Notes under the pieces: generated by a model
Databases searched by the model: none
Told to the model about the DNA's origin: nothing
Seen by the model: the letters and a program-made list of their open reading frames with translations, nothing else
Part shown: in pieces, positions 24,232-35,800 of the stretch
Numbering within the stretch: position 1 is the first letter of the stretch
Layout: each line of letters begins with the position of its first letter
DNA from: Macrostomum lignano
Lineage: Eukaryota
Assembly: GCA_002269645.1 (NCBI GenBank)
Contig: NIVC01001763.1
Location: forward strand, 1 to 64,000
Direction: 5' to 3'
DNA: 64,000 nt
Position numbers and translations under genes: made by a program

Positions 24232-27200
24232 AGACGCTGGGATCAGGGACAATATGAGACACTGGGATCAGGGACAATATGAGACACTGGGATCAGGAAC
24301 AATATGAGACACTGGGATCAGGGACAATATGAGACACTGGGATCAGGGACAATATGAGACACTGGGATCAGGAACAATATGAGACACTGGGATCAGGGAC
24401 AATATGAGACACTGGATCAGGGACAATATGAGACACTGGGATCAGGAACAATATGAGACACTGGGATCAGGGACAATATGAGACACTGGGATCAGGGACA
24501 ATATGAGACACTGGGATCAGGGACAATATGAGACACTGGGATCAGGGACAATATGAGACACTGGGATCAGGGACAATATGAGACACTGGGATCAGGGACA
24601 ATATGAGACACTGGGATCAGGGACAATATGAGACACTGGGATCAGGGACAATATGAGACACTGGGATCAGGGACAATATGAGATACTGGGATCAGGGACA
24701 ATATGAGACACTGGGATCAGGGACAATATAAGATACTGGGATCAGGGACAATATGAGATACTGGGATCAGGGACAATATAAGACACTGGGATCAGGAACA
24801 ATATGAGACACTGGGATCAGGGACAATATGAGATACTGGGATCAGGGACAATATGAGACACTGGGATCAGGGACAATATGAGACACTGGGATCAGGGACA
24901 ATATGAGATACTGGGATCAGGGACAATATGAGACACTGGGATCAGGAACAATATGAGACACTGAGATCAGGGACAATATGAGATACTGGGATCAGGGACA
25001 ATATGAGACACTGGGATCAGGGACAATATGAGATACTGGGATCAGGGACAATATGAGATACTGGGATCAGGAACAATATGAGACACTGGGATCAGGAACA
25101 ATATGAGACACTGGGATCAGGGACAATATGAGACACTGGGATCAGGAACAATATGAGATACTGGGATCAGGGACAATATGAGACACTGGGATCAGGGACA
25201 ATATGAGACACTGGGATCAGGGACAATATGAGACACTGGGATCAGGGACAATATGAGACACTGGGATCAGGAACAATATGAGACACTGGGATCAGGGACA
25301 ATATGAGACACTGGGATCAGGGACAATATGAGACACTGGGATCAGGGACAATATGAGATACTGGGATCAGGGACAATATGAGACACTGGGATCAGGGACA
25401 ATATGAGACACTGGGATCAGGGACAATATGAGATACTGGGATCAGGGACAATATGAGACACTGGGATCAGGGACAATATGAGACACTGGGATCAGGGACA
25501 ATATGAGATACTGGGATCAGGGACAATATGAGACACTGGGATCAGGAACAATATGAGACACTGGGATCAGGGACAATATGAGACACTGGGATCAGGAACA
25601 ATATGAGATACTGGGATCAGGGACAATATGAGATACTGGGATCAGGGACAATATGAGACACTGGGATCAGGGACAATATGAGACACTGGGATCAGGGACA
25701 ATATGAGACACTGGGATCAGGAACAATATGAGACACTGGGATCAGGGACAATATGAGACACTGGGATCAGGGACAATATGAGACACTGGGATCAGGGACA
25801 ATATGAGACACTGGGATCAGGGACAATATGAGATACTGGGATCAGGGACAATATGAGACACTGGGATCAGGAACAATATAAGATACTGGGATCAGGGACA
25901 ATATGAGACACTGGGATCAGGGACAATATGAGACACTGGGATCAGGGACAATATGAGATACTGGGATCAGGAACAATATGAGACACTGGGATCAGGGACA
26001 ATATGAGACACTGGGATCAGGGACAATATGAGACGCTGGGATCAGGGACAATATGAGACACTGGGATCAGGGACAATATGAGACGCTGGGATGAGGGACA
26101 ATATGAGACACTGGGATCAGGAACAATATGAGATACTGGGATCAGGGACAATATGAGACGCTGGGATGAGGGACAATATGAGACACTGGGATCAGGAACA
26201 ATATGATATACTGGGATCAGGGACAATATGAGACACTGGGATCAGGGACAATATGAGATACTGGGATCAGGGACAATATGAGACACTGGGATCAGGAACA
26301 ATATGAGACACTGGGATCAGGGACAATATGAGATACTGGGATCAGGGACAATATGAGACACTGGGATCAGGGACAATATGAGACACTGGGATCAGGGACA
26401 ATATGAGATACTGGGATCAGGAACAATATGAGACACTGGGATCAGGAACAATATGAGACACTGGGATCAGGGACAATATGAGACACTGGGATCAGGAACA
26501 ATATGAGATACTGGGATCAGGGACAATATGAGACACTGGGATCAGGGACAATATGAGACACTGGGATCAGGAACAATATGAGACACTGGGATCAGGGACA
26601 ATATGAGACACTGGGATCAGGGACAATATGAGACACTGGGATCAGGGACAATATGAGATACTGGGATCAGGGACAATATGAGACACTGGGATCAGGGACA
26701 ATATGAGATACTGGGATCAGGGACAATATGAGACACTGGGATCAGGGACAATATGAGACACTGGGATCAGGAACAATATGAGACACTGGGATCAGGGACA
26801 ATATGAGACACTGGGATCAGGGACAATATGAGACACTGGGATCAGGGACAATATGAGACACTGGGATCAGGGACAATATGAGACACTGGGATCAGGGACA
26901 ATATGAGACACTGGGATCAGGAACAATATAAGATACTGGGATCAGGGACAATATGAGACACTGGGATCAGGGACAATATGAGACACTGGGATCAGGGACA
27001 ATATGAAATACTGGGATCAGGAACAATATGAGACACTGGGATCAGGGACAATATGAGACACTGGGATCAGGGACAATATAAGACGCTGGGATCAGGGACA
27101 ATATGAGATACTGGGATCAGGGACAATATGAGACGCTGGGATGAGGGACAATATGAGACACTGGGATCAGGGACAATATGAGACGCTGGGATGAGGGACA

Positions 27201-27805
27201 ATATGAGATACTGGGATCAGGGACAATATGAGATACTGGGATCAGGGACAATATGAGACACTGGGATCAGGGACAATATGAGACGCTGGGATGAGGGACA
27301 ATATGAGACGCTGGGATCAGGGACAATATGAGACACTGGGATCAGGGACAATATGAGACACTGGGATCAGGGACAATATGAGACACTGGGATCAGGGACA
27401 ATATGAGACACTGGGATCAGGGACAATATGAGACACTGGGATCAGGGACAATATGAGACACTGGGATCAGGGACAATATGAGACACTGGGATCAGGGACA
27501 ATATGAGACACTGGGATCAGGGACAATATGAGATACTGGGATCAGGGACAATATGAGACACTGGGATCAGGGACAATATGAGACGCTGGGATGAGGGACA
27601 ATATGAGACGCTGGGATCAGGAACAATATGAGACACTGGGATCAGGGACAATATGAGACACTGGGATCAGGGACAATATGAGACACTGGGATCAGGGACA
27701 ATATGAGACACTGGGATCAGGGACAATATGAGACACTGGGATCAGGGACAATATGAGACACTGGGATCAGGGACAATATGAGATACTGGATAGAGACACT
27801 GGGAT
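24232..27805. repeat. 25-bp minisatellite, ~140 copies (3.6 kb)
   Basis: Unit CTGGGATCAGGGACAATATGAGACA, highly homogeneous with a few recurrent variants. Confidence 0.97.
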
Positions 27806-28399
27806 ACTGGAGAGACAGGGAGGGACAGGCAAGGCAGACACTCAGCAGGGGCGGTAGCCGCAATATTAGCAAGTCAGTCGCGAAGCCTTCGGCGCACCCG
27901 TTCTGCTCGACAAAGCGAAAAAGGCCGAGGCGGAGCCTGCGCGACAATCTGCAAAATCTGTTTGTTGCCGCAATGGCAAGCAGCTGCATATTGTGGTTGC
28001 AAAATAAGCCATACATACACCTTTGTGCTTCCCTCCGTCCACAATCTTCCTCTCCTCTGTCTCGCGTTTCAATTTTCTTTATGACTACGGCTAATGCACT
28101 GGCTTTGTGTAATCCCTGTATAGGATGCTGAGCAAAAAAGTCAGACACGAATGCAGGTGGCGAGTCCGTCTCCCTCCCTCTCCTCTCTCTCGTTTCCCGT
28201 TTTTCTCCTTCCCCATTCCGATGCCCCGGACTGCAACATATTGATCTGGCCGATTCTCTTATTCCGTCATTCTTTATTTCCCTTATTTTGCCTTGCGCTG
28301 GGATCTCAAAACACTGCTGGGATCTCTCTCGCGCAAGCTGATTTGTATGCGGAAATTCTTCCAGTGTGTGAGCTCCTTGCTCCCTGTTTGTCAAGGGCC

Positions 28400-28965
28400 T
28401 TCTTTTCCTTTCTGTCAGGTACCTTCTTTTCCTTTCCGTCAGGTCCCTTCTTGCCCTTCTGTCAGGTACCTTCTTTTCCTTTCTGTCAGGTCACTTCTTT
28501 TCCTTTCTGTCAGGTACCTTCTTTTATTGTCTGTCAGGTACCTTCTTTTTCTTTCTGTCAGGTACCTTCTTTTATTGTCTGTCAGGTACCTTCTACTTTC
28601 TGTCAGGTACCTTTTTTATTGTCTGTCAGGTACCTTCTTTTCCTCTGTCAGGTCCCTTTTTGCCTTTCTGTCAGGTACCTTCTTTTCCTTTCTGTCAGGT
28701 CACTTCTTTTCCTTTCTGTCAGGTCACTTCTTGCCTTTCTGTCAGGTACCTTCTTTTACTTTCTATCAGGTCACTTCTTTTCCTTTCTGTCAGGTACCTT
28801 CTTTTCCTTTCTGTCAGGTCCCTTCTTGCCTTTCTGTCAGGTACCTTCTTTTCCTTTCTGTCAGGTCACTTTTTTCCTTTCTGTCAGGTACCTTCTTTTA
28901 CTTTCTGTCAGGTACCTTCTTTTCCTTTCTGTCAGGTCCCTTCTTGCCCTTCTGTCAGGTACCTT
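28400..28965. repeat. ~24-bp minisatellite
   Basis: Unit CTGTCAGGTACCTTCTTTTCCTTT. Confidence 0.93.
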
Positions 28966-30383
28966 CTTGTCTATCTCTCAACTCCCCTTTTACCAGTCTG
29001 TGAGCTCACACCTTCACTGTCAGTTTCCTACTTGCCTTTTTTTGAGAGCTTTCCCATCTCTATAAAATGTCCCTAAACTCCTCAGCTCAATCTTTCTAGC
29101 CCAATGCCCTTGCCCCGGACTTTCACCTCCTTTCCAGTCTGCCGGCATTTCTTTATTCTCCGTCTCCCTCACGCATTCAATGCATGCCAGGGCAAACTGC
29201 TTAATCCTAATCTCCCATTAAGAATAAGAACATTTGTCCAGCCACATTGCACAATGTGTCAGGGGGACTGTACTCATGCAATCCCTACGGCATGCCGGGA
29301 GAAGAGCCAGAATACTTCAATCCTTTAGCCAAACTTGAAGGATTTTATTTTTTAGCTCGATCTCCCGATACGAGTATTTCTGGACAAAGACTTGCCACAA
29401 GACAGTTCAAAACAAAGGAAGGCTGAAAGCTACAGGAAGCTCGGGAAGCCGCAGGACTTCCCGGCCTGCAGCTAAAGAGAAGGCGGAGCTCGAGAGAGAG
29501 ACGGAGCACGTGAGAAGCAAAAAAATACTTTAAGAGAGGGGGAGGTCTGAAATCGATGGGAATTCAGGGGGGAGGCGGCTTCCCAATCCCAGTCAGGGGA
29601 CTCGCAGGAGCACAGCAGGTGGCAGGCAGGAAATGGCTAAAAGATTATCCCAAACAGTCAATCCTGATGGTTCAAGTCCCCTGCTGCCCTGCTCAGACGG
29701 CAGCAAAATTTGAGTCTAATTGGCCTGCTGCCTCCCCCATCCGGAGAGTCGCGTGATTCGAGCAGCTGGTGACCCCGCGTGACCTCCTGGGCCGGCCATC
29801 CGAATGCCGGAAACTATTTTGCGTCAAAACAAAAAAAATACAGACATTTTTCCTTGGAATAATTCTTACTTTTGACAGACACTGCATTGGCAGTTTGTGT
29901 TTCAGATTTATTATACTGAGTATATGTGCAGTTCTGCCTCAAGCACAATATGATGCGCACAGGTTATGAGCTCATGGATGGCAGAATACGCAATGCTATG
30001 ACACAGCAGCAAATTTGAATGATTGCACATTGCACATTCATGCTACTAATGGCTGTTTAATATTCGAGTAGTATATATATTTACAAACCGCAAGCAGAAT
30101 AAACTAATTAGTATTCATTAATTTAAGAACTAAGAGACGCTGGAGTCAGCGCAGAAACTATTTATGATAAACAGATGCCTGCAATATTCAGTTAATAATT
30201 ACCAGTTCCATTGTACAACTGATAAAACTGGAAGCTTTATGATTAGAAATTGAGAGGCTGGGCACAAGAATTCAAGGGGAGCTTTCACGCTTTAAACAAT
30301 CAGCTAAAGTGCATTTATACTGGCCGCTGCGGGGCGGGCTGTACTGAAAGAGACGGAGCGGGCAGAGAGAGCAGGCTGATTGG

Positions 30384-30384
30384 G

Positions 30385-30447
<63 letters not shown>

Positions 30448-30471
30448 TGACTGACAGACAGACAGACAGAC

Positions 30472-30539
<68 letters not shown>

Positions 30540-30893
30540 TGACTGACAGACAGACAGATAGACAGACAGACAGACACTAAGACAGACACTAAGATAGACA
30601 GACAGACAGACTGACTGACAGACAGACAGACAGACAGATAGACAGACAGACACTAAGATAGACAGACAGACAGACAGGCAGGCAGACAGACAGACAGACA
30701 GGCAGACAGACAGACAGGCAGACAGACAGGCAGACAGACAGACAGAAGACACTAAGACAGACAGACACTAAGACAGACAGACAGACAGGCAGGCAGACAG
30801 ACAGACAGGCAGGCAGACAGACAGGCAGACAGACAGAAGACACTAAGACAGACAGACACTAAAACAGACAGACAGACAGACAGGCAGGCAGGC

Positions 30894-30936
<43 letters not shown>

Positions 30937-30995
30937 AGACACTAAGACAGACAGACACTAAGACAGACAGACAGACAGACAGACAGACAGGCACA
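30384..30995. repeat. Compound (GACA)n/(GGCA)n tetranucleotide microsatellite
   Basis: About 600 bp of GACA with GGCA, GATA and CACTAA interruptions, beginning ~50 bp past the stop of the minus-strand gene. Confidence 0.97.
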
Positions 30996-31041
30996 GACCG
31001 CACTGGGAGTCTCAGAGCTCAGCTGAGTCAGTCAGTAATAA

Positions 31042-31782
31042 TCAGAGGTCCATCATGTCCGCATCGGTGTCGAAGCCGCTATTTGCATCGGCATCCAGCA
31101 GGTCAATGTCGGAGGTGACGGCCGCGGCATCAGCGGCGCCGGCTTCCTCAGCCTCCATGGTTTGCAGCTGAAGCTCGGGCTGCAGGGCAAAGCTGGCTTG
31201 CTGCTCCTGCTTGCCTCGCTGCTGCTGCCGTTTGTCCCGCCGGACAGCTTTAAGGATGTCGCGCGCGTCCTCACCAGCTGGCGGCAGCGTCGACAGCTGC
31301 GGCGGCGGCTGCCACAGCACCAGCTGGCGACAGTCGTTGCCGCCAGGCGGAGCGGGCGGGGGCGGCGGCTGCTCGCACAGCAGGCGGCTGGCAGCTGCCA
31401 CCCGCTCAGCGATGGCCGGTGGCAGAGCAGCCGCTGACGAAGTCGGCAGCAGAGAAGCAGCAGCGGTGGTGGGCGCGGCCGAGGCAGTAGCAGCCGACGA
31501 CGCCTGCAGATCGATGAGGCGGGCAACCTCCGGGCTGGAGACAGTCAGCCGAAGCTGCTGCTGCTGCTGCTCGTCAGTCGCCAGCTGCTCGGCAGGAGCA
31601 GCGGCCGCGGACTCGTCCGTCAGCCTGGCCGCGGCCTCCAAGGACAGCTGGCCGAGATTGGCGGCCACGGCCTCCTCGGTGAGGAAGAGCTTCGTGGCCG
31701 GGGCGGCCGACTCGCCGTCCAGGCTGCCGTGGCGCTTCCGGCAGCAGCCGTAGATGGTGGCGGCCTGGCCGGGCGGCTCCAT
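31042..31782 (-). CDS. Single-exon protein with HPIP (HCFC1R1)/CCDC117-type motifs; 246 aa from the ATG at 31782, frame open back to an acceptor at 31827
   Basis: GC3-rich ORF. KLFLTEEAVAANLGQLSL, DCRQLVLWQPP and terminal DMMDL mirror recalled human HCFC1R1 motifs KQFLSEENMATHFSQLSL, CSELLLWRYP and terminal DIMEL. The TTG start at 31947 given in the ORF track falls in a minisatellite. Confidence 0.75.
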   Translation of the reverse strand: MEPPGQAATIYGCCRKRHGSLDGESAAPATKLFLTEEAVAANLGQLSLEAAARLTDESAAAAPAEQLATDEQQQQQLRLTVSSPEVARLIDLQASSAATASAAPTTAAASLLPTSSAAALPPAIAERVAAASRLLCEQPPPPPAPPGGNDCRQLVLWQPPPQLSTLPPAGEDARDILKAVRRDKRQQQRGKQEQQASFALQPELQLQTMEAEEAGAADAAAVTSDIDLLDADANSGFDTDADMMDL

Positions 31783-31924
31783 GGCCGACGAGGCGGCTGG
31801 GTGGGTGAAGCCGGAGCTGATCTGGAACTGCGGCGGTGCAGATAGTAAGCTACTGAAATTCCTTTTCCCAGTGATGTGCTGGCTGTCCAAGTCGGGGTCT
31901 CTGGCTGTGAGTGCGAATAGAGCT

Positions 31925-32215
31925 TTTTGGATTGGGATTACGGACACTGAATTGGGATTAGAGATAATGAATTGGGATTAGGGATAATTAATTGGGGTTG
32001 GGGATCATGAATTGGGATTAGGGATAATGAATTGGGATTACGGATAATGAATTGGGGTTAGGGACACTGAATTGGGATTAGGGACACTGAATTGGGATTG
32101 GGATAAAGGACACTGAATTGGGATTAGGGATAATGAATTTGGATTACGGATTATGAATTGGGATTACGGATAATGAATTGGGATTAGGGAAATTGAATTG
32201 GGATTAGAGACACTG
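31925..32215. repeat. ~20-bp minisatellite containing TTAGGG-like words
   Basis: Unit GAATTGGGATTAGGGATAAT, lying between the MPHOSPH9-like and HPIP-like genes. Confidence 0.9.
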
Positions 32216-32835
32216 AGCTTAGCTCAGAACTCTCCTGTCTATAGCCTAGCTCATGTAATTTTTCATAAAAATAATAAAATAGAAATTACTGAAGCAAACA
32301 AACAAAGTTTACAAACAAAGAAAAAAAACTTTGCCAGACGGAACTCGGTTTTAATAATTGAATTAAGTGGGAAACAATGGATGCAGTACGCTGATCTGTT
32401 ACAATGCTTAGCGCGATAATAATTCACACAGAAGAAAAAAGTGCGAATGACGGAAACAATCGAGAACGCATCTCAAAAACCCAAGGCTGGGGGTTGGTCA
32501 GACCCGGGGCACGGATTAGGCTTAAGCATAAAGAATATAAGCAGAAGCTTTGGCCGCATTATGCAAAAAATTACAAAAATATTAACTATGAAAAGTATAC
32601 TTTATAAAAGTTTTGCTAATTAATTAAAAAATAAGCTGCTGAACGTGAAAACTACTTACTAGCCAGTAGTAGTAGTATAATTCGAGCATTATTTTCGTGG
32701 AAATTAGAGAGGAGAAATGTTTAAGGCAGCTGCTAATGAGCTGGAAGTGTCAGGAGAAACAGCGATTAGCAAATTAAGCCAATTATCCTACGAATAATTC
32801 GATGAATAAATCAAGGTCAACGGGGTCATCTGGGG

Positions 32836-35800
32836 TCAGCAGGTGGACCTGATCACATGATACTGACGCAGCGTGATGCGCAGAGAGCCCAGCTCCCTGT
32901 CAATACTGTCCAATCGTTTCTCCAGCCGTTCCTGCGAAAAATTCAGTGCTTAGGATTAGCATTTGCTACTGTGAGTAATATATGCGAGTAGCTGGCGAAA
33001 CAAGCAAACTAAGAGGCAGGTAATGACACTCTGGAAACAACGCATGATTCTAACCTGACCCCGGAATCTACGCCTGACACCAAGCTATCTGACACCCCGG
33101 AATCTATGCCTGACACCAAGCTATCTGACACCCCGGAATCTATGCCTGACACCAAGCTATCTGACACCCCGGAATCTATGCCTGACACCAAGCTATCTGA
33201 CACCCCGGAATCTATGCCTGACACCAAGCTGACACTCTGGAATTTACGCATTATGCCAGGCTGACACTGCATTCCTACATGATTATAATAATTGGTACTA
33301 AAAGCGACTATAGCTTAAATACATAGTCTAAATACTCTTAAAGCAACTAACTACTGGTTAAAGTAGGCAGATTTCTTTTTTGCAGTACTGCCTCTAGTTT
33401 TAACAGTCTTTAGCTGATTCTGATTGCTTCGATGTTTCTTGCTGTTGCTGCTTTTGCTGCTACGGCGGCAGCGCTGCGAACCCGTTGAGTCCTCAGACAC
33501 CTTGTGAATAGACGCATTTTTGTATAGAAACAGCCTTTACTCAGCAGTTAAAACGGCCCATTTCAGAACAGCAGTGACCTACTCACCTTGTCCTCACGAC
33601 TCTGCCGGCCGTACTTGGCCGACCCGACGCTCGGCACGTGATTGAGCGCCGTCTCTACCCGTCGCTTCTCCAACTGCAGCTGATCGTAGCGCTGCTCCAG
33701 GGTTCGAATCTCGGCCAGCTGGGCGTCCCTGTCCCAGGCTGGGGCACCGCCACCGCCACCGCCGCCACCGCCCATGCTGTCTCTCGCCTGCGGCAGGCTG
33801 TCAATCAGCTGACGCCGTTCCAGATCGGCCAGAGACTGGCGAAGCGCCTCCGTTGGACTGCGGCGGCCGTCGCTGCCCAGAACGGAGTCCAGACCGGCGG
33901 AGAAGCGGGACTGCTCAGGAGCCTGCTCTTCGCTCCAGTCACCGGATAGGGAGTGAGACCTGGGAGCAGCGGGGTTAGAGAGGGATCTCAGATAGTCAGT
34001 GGATTAAGAGGGGATCTCAAATCGGTCAGTGGATTAGGAGGGGATCTCATCTGTCAGTGGACTGAGAGGGATTTCAGATCTGTCAGTGGATTAAGAGGGA
34101 TTTCAGATCGTCAGTGGATTAAGAGGGGATCTCAGATCTGTCAGTGGATTAAGAGTGGATCTCAGATCTGTCAGTGGATTAAGAGGGGATCTCAGATCTG
34201 TTAGTGGATTAAGAGTGGATCTCAGATCTGTCAGTGGATTAAGAGGGGATCTCAGATCTGTCAGTGGATTAAGAGGGGATCTCAGATCGGTCAGTAGACT
34301 GGGGGGGGATCTCAGATCTGTCAGTGGATTAGGAGGGGATCTCATCTGTCAGTGGACTGAGAGGGATTTCAGATCTGTCAGTGGATTAAGAGGGGATCTC
34401 AGATCTGTCAGTGGATTAAGAGTGGATCTCAGATCTGTCAGTGGATTAAGAGGGGATCTCAGATCTGTCAGTGGATTAAGAGGGGATCTCAGATCTGTTA
34501 GTGGATTAAGAGTGGATCTCAGATCTGTCAGTGGATTAAGAGGGGATCTCAGATCGGTCAGTAGACTGGGGGGGGATCTCAGATCTGTCAGTGGATTAGG
34601 AGGGGATCTCATCTGTCAGTGGACTGAGAGGGATTTCAGATCTGTCAGTGGATTAAGAGGGGATCTCAGATCTGTCAGTGGATTAAGAGGGGATCTCAGA
34701 TCTGTTAGTGGATTAAGAGGGGATCTCAGATCTGTCAGTGGATTAAGAGGGGATCTCAGATCTGTCAGTGGATTAAGAGGGGATCTCAGATCTGTCAGAG
34801 GACTGAGAGGGGATCTCAGATCGGTCAGTAGACTGGGGGGGGGATCTCAGATCTGTTAGTGGATTAAGAGGGGATCTCAGATCTGTTAGTGGATTAAGAG
34901 GGGATCTCAGATCTGTCAGTGGATTAAGAGGGGATCTCAGATCTGTCAGTGGATTAAGAGGGGATCTCAGATCTGTCAGAGGACTGAGAGGGGATCTCAG
35001 ATCGGTCAGTAGACTGGGGGGGGGATCTCAGATCTGTTAGTGTATTAAGAGGGGATCTCAGATCTGTCAGTGGATTAAGAGGGGATCTCAGATCTGTCAG
35101 TGGATTAAGAGGGGATCTCAGATCTGTCAGTGGATTAAGAGGGGATCTCAGATCTGTCAGTGGATTAAGAGGGGATCTCAGATCTGTCAGTGGATTAAGA
35201 GGGGATCTCAGATCTGTCAGTGGATTAAGAGGGGATCTCAGATCTGTCAGTGGATTAAGAGGGGATCCCAGATTAGTCAGTAGCTTAAGAGGGGATCTCA
35301 GATCTGTCAGTGGATTAAGAGGGGATCTCAGATCTGTCAGAGGACTGAGAGGGGATCTCAGATCGGTCAGTAGACTGGGGGGGATCTCAGATCTGTCGGT
35401 GTACAGTGAAGGAGTCAAGCGACTCACCCGACGCCCCGCTCCCTGTTCCGCAGAAACATTCTCTCCGACTCTGCCGCGGCCAGCCGGCGCCTCAGCTTGT
35501 CAGTCTCGGCGCGGGCCTCCGTCAGCCTGGCGCGCAGCCGTTCAGACTCGGCGCGCTCCCTGGCCAGCGCCGTTGCGTGCTCGCGCCGCACCGAGGCGAC
35601 GCCTTCGGCGGCTTCTTTTAACGCCGCGTGCGCAGCCTCCAGCTGGTGGCGCAGCTCCGCAGCGCGCGACGCTTCCGCCCGCGCCTCGCGCAGCTCGCGC
35701 AGGAGATGGCGCCGCTCCTCGTCAAACGCAGCGGCGGCGTTGGCGCCATCCTGACGCTCACCGGCGCCCAATCTTGACGACGCCGACGGATGGTTGCGGC

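Noticed and set aside
27717-28394. 225-aa minus-strand ORF between two arrays
   Set aside because: No domain, codon usage unlike the real exons, and it runs into the 25-bp array. It is kept only as part of the possible non-coding transcript finding.
31925-32215. Interstitial telomere remnant
   Set aside because: TTAGGG occurs only singly within a 20-bp unit, never as tandem hexamers.
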